Sequence record: SRR20825006_662
Direction: 5' to 3' (one strand)
DNA length: 33,010 bases
The notes under the pieces were generated by a model. It worked only from the letters and a program-made list of their open reading frames with translations. It was not told the origin of the DNA and made no database searches. Positions 1-8,151 of this stretch are shown piece after piece. The first letter of the stretch is position 1; every line of letters starts with the position of its first letter. Position numbers and translations under genes: made by a program.

Positions 1-21
1 GGCTCATTAAATCAACAGCCC

Positions 22-74
22 GATAGGCTTTCAGCCTGTGATTGCGAGGAACACAGGCTGGAAACCTATCCCAC
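22..74. repeat. REP-like imperfect palindrome (GATAGGCTTTCAGCCTGTG ... CACAGGCTGGAAACCTATC CCAC)
   Basis: Arms 22-40 and 52-70 are near-complementary; a related half-copy lies at 32976-32995. Confidence 0.7.
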
Positions 75-156
75 AATTTCGCTCCAACACTTCTTCTTCG
101 CTCGTTGCTAAACTGCGCCGGCAATGTTGTCATCGTTCTTTTGAAAAGCCCCGTTC

Positions 157-1053
157 ATGGCAGATTTTACCCCAACCCAGGGCCGGTATCTTTCTTACAT
201 TCATGCCTACACCGTAGGCTTCGGATTGCCGCCCGCGGAATCTGAAATCGCGGAGGCCATCGGCGTCTCACCACCGTCGGTCAACCAGATGATGAAGACG
301 CTGCAAAAGAAAGGACTCATTCATCGCGAGCCTGGGGTCCCGCGGTCGATTCAGATTCTCATTGACGAATCGCTGATCCCCAAATGGTCTGGTGGCAAGA
401 TCACTCGGGTCGTCCGCGAGTGGGTGATGACGAATTCCGAAACAAAGAAGCAAGCCCGGCCAACACTCGCGAACAAGAACCACAAGCCACCCGCTGAAAT
501 CTACGTCATCAAGATCACGCTGTCGGGCTCCAAACCGCCGATTTGGCGACGCATCGAAACCGGTGACGTTTCCTTGGCCAAATTGCATGAGTTGATTCAG
601 GCCGCAATGGGCTGGACAAACTCTCACCTGCATCAGTTTGTGATCGGGGAAGCCCACTATGTGGATCCGCGTGGCCTCGAGCATGGGATGATGGATTGGG
701 CCCAATCCTACTCAGGAATCACGATCGCCAAATTGGTGGCAATGCATGGTGCCAAGCTGAAGATGCAATACGACTATGATTTCGGCGATGGCTGGACACA
801 CAAGATCGTGTTGGAAAAAATTGTTGCTCCCAAACGCAACGTCACCTATCCATGTTGCACCGCCGGTAAAAACGCGTGTCCGCCGGAGGATGTTGGCGGC
901 ATCTGGGGCTACTACGAATACCTCGAAGCGATTAGCAATCCCAAGCATCCTGAGCACGAGGAGTACATGGAATGGAGCGGTCCATTTGACGCGACTGAAT
1001 TTGACAATGCAGAAGCAACGCATCTCATGCAAACGGGAATGCCGTCCTGGTAG
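157..1053 (+). CDS. LexA-like N-terminal winged-HTH fused to a plasmid pRiA4b ORF-3 family domain
   Basis: N-terminus FTPTQGRYLSYI...PPAESEIAEAIG...TLQKKGLIHREPGVPRSI resembles the LexA DNA-binding domain. C-terminus has IKITLSGSKPPIWRR, LHELIQAAMGWTNSHLHQF, YDYDFGDGWTH and ACPPEDVGG, typical of pRiA4b ORF-3. Confidence 0.85.
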   Translation: MADFTPTQGRYLSYIHAYTVGFGLPPAESEIAEAIGVSPPSVNQMMKTLQKKGLIHREPGVPRSIQILIDESLIPKWSGGKITRVVREWVMTNSETKKQARPTLANKNHKPPAEIYVIKITLSGSKPPIWRRIETGDVSLAKLHELIQAAMGWTNSHLHQFVIGEAHYVDPRGLEHGMMDWAQSYSGITIAKLVAMHGAKLKMQYDYDFGDGWTHKIVLEKIVAPKRNVTYPCCTAGKNACPPEDVGGIWGYYEYLEAISNPKHPEHEEYMEWSGPFDATEFDNAEATHLMQTGMPSW

Positions 1054-1059
1054 AGAGAC

Positions 1060-2226
1060 TCAGTTCAATAGCCCACGTTTCCGCAACGATGACTTGAGCA
1101 TGCTGAGCGTGGGGTGGGCTTTGGCCATCTTCTCGGCACAGTCGCGAGCAAGCTTCTTTCCCGCTTCGCCGCCAACTGCGTCTCGCAGATCGGCGAGGAT
1201 CTCGGCGGCGGCCTTGTAGTTTTCCGTGCCGCGAACGGCCACGATCTTCTCGGCTTTGGCAAGCCATGTCGTTGGCGATTCTTTCATCTTCTCCATTCGG
1301 GCTTGGCGTTCTTTCTCTGCCTTGGCGGCTTCTCGCTTGGCTCTTGCAAGCTCCTTCTTCCTTTTCACTGCGTTCGCCTTCTCTCGCAATTCGTTAGCCG
1401 AAGAAAGCAGCGTCTCAAGCGAGTGACCTCGCACCGTCGTGGGCCAAGCAGGGGCCGATCCGGATTCGCGAATCTCGGCAAGCAATTCGGCTTTGAGTGA
1501 CGCGGGATCCTCTTTCAACAGCCGACGCAACAAAACTCGCGAACGCGCTTCGCTTATCGAACGTGACCAATTTTGAATCGGATCTTCCTCGTCGGTCTGC
1601 GGAGCAAGCTTCGGCACGCCATCCGCAGCTGCCTTCAACGTCAACGGATCAAGTCCAAAGAAAGGCAGTAAATCGCTGCTGCCTGATGGCATCGTGTCCA
1701 GACCATGCGGCACAGGAGGTTCGATCGTCTGCTCCGGAAATTCGTTGTCATCGTACGCAGCACACAACCACAGCAAGTACAACGCTCGCAAATCACCATC
1801 GATCAGTTGCTCGCGGACTTTCGCCAGCGCATCCAGATAATCCTTAAACTCCCAGACGTCCTCAATGCTTCCTGACTCATGATAGGGACACACACTGAGG
1901 ACTCCCGCTTTACCCTTGGGATCCTTTTTCCAAGAAATCCCGTCGCAATTGAGAAACCGCTTGAGCGTCGATTTTGAAAATGGCAGGCCACTTGGCAATC
2001 GCAGTCTGATCTCACGAGAACCGTAGTTCGCGTACGCCAGATATACGTTAAAGCCACGCCGCAGCAGGCCATCAACGTCACCACCAAACGAACTGTAGTG
2101 ATACTCAACCGACATCTCCCAACGAGAAAGCTCTGAACGCGACGATTGCTGTGCAGCAAACTCAAGTTGTTTGTCATCCAATGCTCGGTCAACGGCACGG
2201 AAGGCCACATACTGGTATTCGCTCAT
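1060..2226 (-). CDS. Hypothetical protein (388 aa) with a charged C-terminal coiled-coil
   Basis: Long ORF with ATG start (MSEYQYVAFRAVDRAL), convergent with the upstream gene (6-nt gap); no catalytic motif recognised. Confidence 0.8.
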   Translation of the reverse strand: MSEYQYVAFRAVDRALDDKQLEFAAQQSSRSELSRWEMSVEYHYSSFGGDVDGLLRRGFNVYLAYANYGSREIRLRLPSGLPFSKSTLKRFLNCDGISWKKDPKGKAGVLSVCPYHESGSIEDVWEFKDYLDALAKVREQLIDGDLRALYLLWLCAAYDDNEFPEQTIEPPVPHGLDTMPSGSSDLLPFFGLDPLTLKAAADGVPKLAPQTDEEDPIQNWSRSISEARSRVLLRRLLKEDPASLKAELLAEIRESGSAPAWPTTVRGHSLETLLSSANELREKANAVKRKKELARAKREAAKAEKERQARMEKMKESPTTWLAKAEKIVAVRGTENYKAAAEILADLRDAVGGEAGKKLARDCAEKMAKAHPTLSMLKSSLRKRGLLN

Positions 2227-2456
2227 GGGATCTCAATATTCGAGTTGGTAGTGGACGAGGCGACGATTCCTGGCGTCGCGAACTGGTTGCCTCGTCCAAA
2301 ACGGATCGCGACTGGGCTGACCTGTGAACCGACAATGAACTGAAAGGGTTTTCGAGCGGCAGCAGATCGTATTCGACCCAACGTGGCAAACACCAAACAG
2401 GGCCCCAAAAGACGCCGGGGGTCTTTTTCGGATTCACGTTGGGTGACAATTCCGGC

Positions 2457-2496
2457 TTCGCCTCGGAACTGAAGCGGGAACGGTTCAGGTTGGTTC
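2457..2496 (+). repeat. 40-bp direct repeat, copy 1
   Basis: TTCGCCTCGGAACTGAAGCGGGAACGGTTCAGGTTGGTTC, 38/40 identical to 10771-10810. Confidence 0.85.
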
Positions 2497-2684
2497 AACA
2501 GCGACAACACCGATTGTCCGAGGCAGACACAACGCTCATCTCAATTCGCAGGGTCGCGTTGACCCAATTCAAAGAGCGACGCGTTCGCTGCGTCTTTGTG
2601 GTTGGCCATCGACCTACGAAAAAGCAGCGAACCTCGCTGACTGCAAAGTGTCTTTGCACCAGTCCGTCAATCCTGGAAATTAAG

Positions 2685-2765
2685 ATGCCCACCTTCACTT
2701 CATCCACAACATCAACAACCGACTCGTCTTTCGAGGACGAGGCGGGGAGGGTGTGTCGTGAGTGA
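2685..2765 (+). CDS. Putative Thr/Ser-rich leader peptide (MPTFTSSTTSTTDSSFEDEAGRVCRE)
   Basis: 26-codon ORF with 11 Thr/Ser in the first 15 codons, ending about 23 nt before an intrinsic terminator upstream of the EF-Tu paralogue; RBS is weak. Confidence 0.5.
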   Translation: MPTFTSSTTSTTDSSFEDEAGRVCRE

Positions 2766-2788
2766 CGGTTGATTCCGAAACGATCCAC

Positions 2789-2825
2789 AAAGCCCGCCCG
2801 GTGACTCACTTGGCGGGCTTTTTTT
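2789..2825 (+). terminator. Intrinsic terminator / candidate attenuator upstream of the EF-Tu paralogue
   Basis: AAAGCCCGCC-CGGTGACTCACTT-GGCGGGCTTT: GC-rich stem followed by a 7-T run (2819-2825). Confidence 0.8.
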
Positions 2826-2865
2826 GTGGTTTGCTGATTCTCGATTGATGGCGGTTTCCTGTTTC

Positions 2866-2946
2866 TTCGTTCCCGATCATCTGGCGCTCATGCGAGCGAA
2901 AAGGCGATGGAGGCTGCTCACCTCCACCGCTGGCGATCGGTGCGAA
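2866..2946 (+). promoter_or_regulatory. Candidate multi-stem RNA structure in the 5' UTR of the EF-Tu paralogue
   Basis: Outer stem CCGATC (2873-2878) / GATCGG (2935-2940), extendable by TTCGT/GCGAA; it encloses CGCTC-ATGC-GAGCG and GCG-A-TGGAGG...CCTCCA-C-CGC hairpins. Confidence 0.35.
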
Positions 2947-2977
2947 ACGCTTTCTTTGAAAAAGGAGTTTGCGAGCT

Positions 2978-4195
2978 ATGGTTCAAAACGAAATGACGCC
3001 GAAGACCTCGGTCAACGTTGGCACGATCGGTCACATCGACCACGGCAAGACGACGCTGACTTCCGCGATCCTGCGCGTTCAAGCCGAAAAGGGTCTGGCC
3101 AAGTACAAGTCTTACGAGTCGATCGCAAAAGGCGGCATTGTTCGCGACAAGAACAAAACCGTTACCGTGATCGCTTCGCACGTGAAGTACGAAACCCCAT
3201 ACCGCGATCCGACGCATCCAGGTCGCCGATACGCCCACATTGACTGTCCCGGTCATGCCGACTACATCAAGAACATGATCACTGGTGCCGCCCAAATGGA
3301 CGGCGCAGTGTTGTTGGTGTCGGCTGCCGATGGCCCGATGCCGCAAACTCGCGAACACTTGCTGTTGGCACGGCAGGTTGGCGTGCCTCACTTGGTCGTG
3401 TTCATGAACAAATGCGATCTGGTCGAGGACGCTGAATTGCTGGATCTGGTCGAAATGGACTTGCGCGAAATGCTCAGCGATTATGGATACCCCGGCAACG
3501 AGATTCCGGTGATTCGCGGGTCTGCAAAGCAAGCTCATGACGACCCAGCCAACCCTCAAGCGATCGCATGCATCGAACAATTGTTGGACGCACTCGATGT
3601 TTCGATCCCCACTCCACGACGGATGGTCGACAAGCCGTTCTTGATGCCAATCGAGAATGTCTATTCGATCGCCGGCCGCGGCACGGTCGTGACAGGCAAG
3701 ATCGAGCAAGGCGCCGTGCGTGCAGGTGACGCAATCGAGATCGTTGGTCTGACCAGCGAGACCGGCAGCGACGTGATCACGCAAGTGGAATCATTCGGTG
3801 AAGTCTTGGAAGCAGGTCACGCTGGCGACAACGTCGGTGTGTTGCTTCGCAAGACCGCTCACACGGCGATCACGAAGGGGCAGGTGTTGGCGAAAGCCGG
3901 CAGTGTGACTCCGCATCGAGAATTCGAAGCGGAAGTCTATGTGCTGCAGAAAGAAGAAGGAGGCCGTCACACGCCGTTCTTTGATGGCTACGCACCTCAG
4001 TTTTTCTTTCGAACGACGAACGTGACCGGCAGTGCATCGGTGATGGACGGCGTGCAGATGGCAATGCCCGGTGATGGTGTTCGCTTGAAGATCGCACTGA
4101 AGCAACCGATCGCTGTCAGCGACGGCGACCACTTCGCCATCCGAGAAGGCGGCAAGACCGTCGGCTCGGGTGTCGTCACAAAAGTCGTCGCCTAG
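2978..4195 (+). CDS. tuf: Elongation factor Tu paralogue (divergent)
   Basis: [16 protein letters not shown] (G1), [25 protein letters not shown] (G3), NKCD (G4), GSA (G5), GGRHTPFF and [23 protein letters not shown] at 2961-2967 supports the ATG at 2978. Confidence 0.95.
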   Translation: MVQNEMTPKTSVNVGTIGHIDHGKTTLTSAILRVQAEKGLAKYKSYESIAKGGIVRDKNKTVTVIASHVKYETPYRDPTHPGRRYAHIDCPGHADYIKNMITGAAQMDGAVLLVSAADGPMPQTREHLLLARQVGVPHLVVFMNKCDLVEDAELLDLVEMDLREMLSDYGYPGNEIPVIRGSAKQAHDDPANPQAIACIEQLLDALDVSIPTPRRMVDKPFLMPIENVYSIAGRGTVVTGKIEQGAVRAGDAIEIVGLTSETGSDVITQVESFGEVLEAGHAGDNVGVLLRKTAHTAITKGQVLAKAGSVTPHREFEAEVYVLQKEEGGRHTPFFDGYAPQFFFRTTNVTGSASVMDGVQMAMPGDGVRLKIALKQPIAVSDGDHFAIREGGKTVGSGVVTKVVA

Positions 4196-4208
4196 TTCAT
4201 CAAACGCA

Positions 4209-4247
4209 AAACGCCCGCGGTGGAGCAATCTGCCACGGGCGTTTCTT
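4209..4247 (+). terminator. Stem-loop after tuf (probable terminator or stabilising hairpin)
   Basis: AAACGCCCG-CGGTGGA-GCAA-TCTGCCA-CGGGCGTTT with a GCAA tetraloop; the U-tract is short and interrupted (TTTCTT). Confidence 0.6.
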
Positions 4248-4332
4248 CGTGTTCTCAGCCATACCTTGTCACAGATCAAAACTTGTTATCATCTCCGACA
4301 GGATCCACGACGGGACTTGTGAGTAGAGACCG

Positions 4333-6210
4333 ATGGCGAATCAACAAAACACCTCCAAGGCTTCACCGCCGTCGAAAATACTGCTTGATGAGTTATTCCA
4401 GAGTGAAGACGATCAGTTCCTGGACTTGTTCGTTCAGTTTGAATCGTACGAATTCTTGAGACACTTCTCGATCCAGTGGATGGAGGACGCGCGGCCCTGG
4501 GCGAGAAAACAGTTGATCGAATACCTTCACGGTAGTCTCAACCATCCTGGACACGAGGTCGTCTTCAAACGAACGCTTAAGCTGGCCATCGAGCGAAATG
4601 ACGACGAACTGGTTGCTCACTTTTTGGTGGCGCTCGATGGATTGGTGCGTCGAAATCGAACGACATCGTACGTTTACAATTATCGAACCCGCCAAAGTTA
4701 TCGCCGTGAGTACTTGTTCGCCAAACCAAATCGAACCGTACGCGAGCAAAGGAACAGGTTCCAGGAATTCACCTACGGCAAGCAAACATATCGAACGCCG
4801 CTTCCAGACTTATTGAATCGGCCGCACAACCGATTGTTCTCGCAAAAAACACGTGCCCACCTGCGCCGCCGAGTCTGGCGTTATTTCCGCTTCATGGCTT
4901 ACCAGGATGCGCCCCGCTACACCGACGCGATGGTCAACGCCTTCGCACTCTACGACAATTCCTATTTCTCGTCCGGAGAGGCGATCCTGGACAATTGGTC
5001 GCTCATGCACGCTGGTTTCTTTCATGCACCGGAGATCGCGTTTACGCCCTCGCACACGAACATCGTTGCCGGGCAGTCGCTGTCGAATTTGAAGCCGTCA
5101 CCCTATCTGCCGTCCGTTTGGGACGGCGACGAGGTTGCGGCGAAGCTGTGGTTGCTATTGGCAGAAGCGAACAGTCAGTTCATCCGCTTGTGGACGATTG
5201 ACATGCTGCGGCAAAGACACGCCGATTGGCTATCAAAGATCTCCATCGAAGAACTGGTTCAACTGCTTGCTTGCAGTGATGCGACGGTGGGTGAATTTGC
5301 AGTGGAACTGTTCCGAAATCATGAGTCGCTTGCTCACGTGGAGATGGCAACTTGGCTTCGCTTGCTACAAGAAGCCGATTCTTCGGTGCTGCCCACGATT
5401 TGTGAGGCAATGCAAACGCATACCGATCCCAAACGTCTCAGCGACGACCAACTGATCGAAATGACAATGGCTCGTCCGGCCGCCGTCGCGTCCCTGGGAT
5501 TGGCATGGCTCCGAGCACGACAGGAAATGCGTCGAATTGAGCCTGACAAGTTGGCGAAACTGTCGGAAAGCAAGTGCGTTTGGGAGTCCGAAAAGATTGC
5601 AGACTGGGCACTCGACCAGCTAGCGACCTCCGAGTCTTATTCGGCCGAACGTTTCGTCCAATTCTTCGATTCGCCAACGCAGCCTATTCGGCGATCAGCT
5701 TGCAAATGGCTAGAGTCTGCGAAAACGGAAGTGACAGCGGCCAAAGGTTCGGAGGCACTTCAACTTGACCCCGTGTTGTGGGCAAAACTGTCGGAGACAC
5801 CCTACGACGAAGTTCGTTTTTCTTTGATCAAAGTTCTGGCGGACGTTCTCGATCATGCTCCGGAACGATCTCATGAGGGAGCAATTGGTGACAGCATGAA
5901 TCTGGATCGCTGGATGCGAATCTATTGTGCCGTCATCTTGTGCGTTGATCGCGGATCGCGAACCAAGCCAAAAGCGATTCGACAACTCGCCAAGATCGCC
6001 GAGCAGGATCCGCAGCGATGTGAGAGCGTGATGCCGATTCTTGCAATTGCTGCTCGTTCGATTCGCAATCCCGAACGCTTTGCTGCTTTGTCGGCAATCG
6101 CGACACTGGTGCAGCAGAGAACAGAACTTCTGGAAGTCGTTTCTCGATGCATGCCCGAATGGAATTGGTGTGAAAGCGACGGTCAACTCGCTAGCGGAGA
6201 GGGAGCATGA
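4333..6210 (+). CDS. Large alpha-helical (ARM/HEAT-like) protein; putative retron-associated component
   Basis: 625-aa ORF with a Leu/Ala/Trp-rich helical-repeat-like C-terminal two-thirds; ATGA overlap with the next gene. The fold is inferred from composition and context. Confidence 0.75.
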   Translation: MANQQNTSKASPPSKILLDELFQSEDDQFLDLFVQFESYEFLRHFSIQWMEDARPWARKQLIEYLHGSLNHPGHEVVFKRTLKLAIERNDDELVAHFLVALDGLVRRNRTTSYVYNYRTRQSYRREYLFAKPNRTVREQRNRFQEFTYGKQTYRTPLPDLLNRPHNRLFSQKTRAHLRRRVWRYFRFMAYQDAPRYTDAMVNAFALYDNSYFSSGEAILDNWSLMHAGFFHAPEIAFTPSHTNIVAGQSLSNLKPSPYLPSVWDGDEVAAKLWLLLAEANSQFIRLWTIDMLRQRHADWLSKISIEELVQLLACSDATVGEFAVELFRNHESLAHVEMATWLRLLQEADSSVLPTICEAMQTHTDPKRLSDDQLIEMTMARPAAVASLGLAWLRARQEMRRIEPDKLAKLSESKCVWESEKIADWALDQLATSESYSAERFVQFFDSPTQPIRRSACKWLESAKTEVTAAKGSEALQLDPVLWAKLSETPYDEVRFSLIKVLADVLDHAPERSHEGAIGDSMNLDRWMRIYCAVILCVDRGSRTKPKAIRQLAKIAEQDPQRCESVMPILAIAARSIRNPERFAALSAIATLVQQRTELLEVVSRCMPEWNWCESDGQLASGEGA

Positions 6211-7880
6211 AGGTCAGCATGAAATACGCAGGCCGAAGCGCTCTGCTGGACATCAGCGGCGGTGCAAAGCTATTGCAAATGGCTCCCAACTTGGCTCGCC
6301 AGCAAGTTTCGTTCGATGGGTCGCTGAACCGACCGATCGAATTTCGCGAGGCGATCAGTGCGCTGCACGACATTGTGATCAACGACTTGCGATTCCAACC
6401 ACGGGATAAGACGGCGTACCAGCAATGGCTTTTAGAACAGCGAGCACGTGAACGTACAATCCGCCAGACTGCGATGGACCAGAAGCGTCGTGACATCGCC
6501 AGCGGCATCGTCGACAAGCCGACCGCGGAGCTAAAGAAAGCTCACGCCGATGCACTCAAACGCTATTGGTCCGCTCGCAAAACACTCGATAAACGACTGC
6601 GGAAAGAGAACGAGGCACTATGGCGCAAGTTGATGCCGTACGACCCAGTCATCACGGTGGCCGAAGATGTCGTATTTTTTGAATGTTTCTCGGTCGACCA
6701 ATCCAGCTATGGGTGCTTGACCGTCGACCGCGGTGACGGGTTTGGCGAAAGTGGCCAAACGCAGCTGGGAACGACGAACGTTGATTATTCCTGGGACCTT
6801 TACGACAGTTTCCAATCGCTCCGAACGTATCGTCAAACGCGATTTCAGATCGACCCCGCCGCGTTTGAAGTCTCGACCTCTGGCGGTGGCAATCAACATC
6901 GCGAGGAGAAGATTGACTTGCCCAGCGGTTGGCTCAGTGGATTTGTGCGACTGCAATCGGCGATGGCGATGCCAATGAAAAAAGTAACGCTACCGCTTGC
7001 AACGATGTATTCCCTGCTTGCGTTTTTGAAACGCAACAAAGCGAAGACCAGCCCCAGAGCGATTCGCTTCGAGTTACGAGAGAACGAGACACCGCGTTTG
7101 GTTTTGGAACCGTGGGGAAACACGATCGAAGCGATCGGCGCAACTTATCAAGGTTTGCCCACGGAACCGATTCGCGTTTGGGGGCGGCGGCGTTTGTTGA
7201 CGCTTTCCCGCTTGTTACCGCTTGCCGATTCGGTCGATGTCTATTTGCTCGGCAGCGGACTACCAAGCTTCTGGGTGGTGCAAATGGGTCCGATGCGTTT
7301 GACGCTAGGCTTAAGCGGTTGGACGACGAACGACTGGTCCGCTGGCAGTTCAATCGACATGCTGATGCCACCTCAGAAACCTGAACCTACCTTGGTGGCG
7401 TCGGTTGCCGAACTTCTTAGCAATCGCCTTGTCGGAACCTTGGATGAGGTCACTGGTCATGCGGGCGTCCCATCGGAGTTGGCGTCGTCGGCACTGAACC
7501 AACTCGCACTTCGCGGCCAAGTCATCTATGACTTGCACGCTGGTCGCTACCGTTGGCGGAGCGTTTTGCCGATGGCACTTTCCGACAAAGAAATCGGGCC
7601 GGCCCACCCCGAGTTGCAGGCGGCGGAGTCATTGATTCGAGCGGGCAAGGCTGAAGTGCAAGAAGCAATGGCGGGACCACGTGGCGGAATCATATTGACG
7701 GGTCGAGTGGAGGCGACGCCCTGCGAAACATTGGTCGATGGTGATGGCGTGATTCGTCGAGGCAAATGCCTATGCAAATGGCACCGCAAGACTGGGATTC
7801 GCAACGGCCCTTGCCGTCACATCCAAGCATTGCGGATGCGTCACGAACATCAAACTCGTGCCAAAATTTCGCAAGCTTGA
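6207..7880 (+). CDS. SWIM zinc-finger protein; putative retron-associated effector
   Basis: C-terminal CLC-x12-CRH (CxC...CxH) SWIM motif; N-terminal DPVITV...FFECFS.D.SSYG segment; lies immediately upstream of the retron ncRNA. Confidence 0.85.
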   Translation: MKVSMKYAGRSALLDISGGAKLLQMAPNLARQQVSFDGSLNRPIEFREAISALHDIVINDLRFQPRDKTAYQQWLLEQRARERTIRQTAMDQKRRDIASGIVDKPTAELKKAHADALKRYWSARKTLDKRLRKENEALWRKLMPYDPVITVAEDVVFFECFSVDQSSYGCLTVDRGDGFGESGQTQLGTTNVDYSWDLYDSFQSLRTYRQTRFQIDPAAFEVSTSGGGNQHREEKIDLPSGWLSGFVRLQSAMAMPMKKVTLPLATMYSLLAFLKRNKAKTSPRAIRFELRENETPRLVLEPWGNTIEAIGATYQGLPTEPIRVWGRRRLLTLSRLLPLADSVDVYLLGSGLPSFWVVQMGPMRLTLGLSGWTTNDWSAGSSIDMLMPPQKPEPTLVASVAELLSNRLVGTLDEVTGHAGVPSELASSALNQLALRGQVIYDLHAGRYRWRSVLPMALSDKEIGPAHPELQAAESLIRAGKAEVQEAMAGPRGGIILTGRVEATPCETLVDGDGVIRRGKCLCKWHRKTGIRNGPCRHIQALRMRHEHQTRAKISQA

Positions 7881-7913
7881 AAACTGATTCAACACCCCTT
7901 ACAACCAAGGAAT

Positions 7914-8143
7914 AAAGATTAGAGCGAGGTGACGATTCAAGCCTACCTTGCTGCGGCGATCCGCCGTGGTTGAGTTTTGCTTCTCATTCGTCCCCAAGGT
8001 CGTTGTTCGTTTGGCCACCACCGCATGGTAGTGCGTCGACCAGGACAAGCCGAGGCTTTCGACGCACTACCATGCGGTGGTGGCCTTGGTGAACGACCTC
8101 GGTCCGCAGACGTGAAGTTGAATCGTCACCCGCTCTGGTCTTT
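7914..8143 (+). ncRNA. Retron msr-msd non-coding RNA
   Basis: Terminal inverted repeats AGAGCGAGGTGACGATTCAA (7921-7940) / TTGAATCGTCACCCGCTCT (8118-8136), extendable to 7914/8143. Unpaired G at 7941 is the candidate branch point. msr hairpin at 7951-7969, perfect 27-bp msd stem 8013-8039 / 8059-8085, directly 5' of a retron-type RT. Confidence 0.9.
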
Positions 8144-8151
8144 TCAATACG

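Noticed and set aside
2223-2510. Minus-strand ORFs sharing NQPEPFPxQFRGE (also 10606-10857)
   Set aside because: The similarity is explained by the 40-bp DNA repeat, with no independent evidence of coding; a decayed gene remnant cannot be excluded.
2439-2765. 108-aa ORF as a full gene
   Set aside because: It begins inside the repeat with a TTG start and has no recognisable domain; only the last 26 codons are retained as a candidate leader.
2866-2946. tRNA gene upstream of tuf
   Set aside because: No TTCGA T-loop in the proper position, no cloverleaf with an acceptor stem and no CCA end; kept only as a possible structured UTR.
2918-3784. 288-aa antisense ORF over tuf, and the many other antisense ORFs in the track
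   Set aside because: These are shadow ORFs of GC-rich coding sequence opposite well-supported genes.
8013-8085. 27-bp hairpin as a terminator or MITE
   Set aside because: No U-tract or target-site duplication, and it is nested inside a1/a2 repeats directly before the RT.
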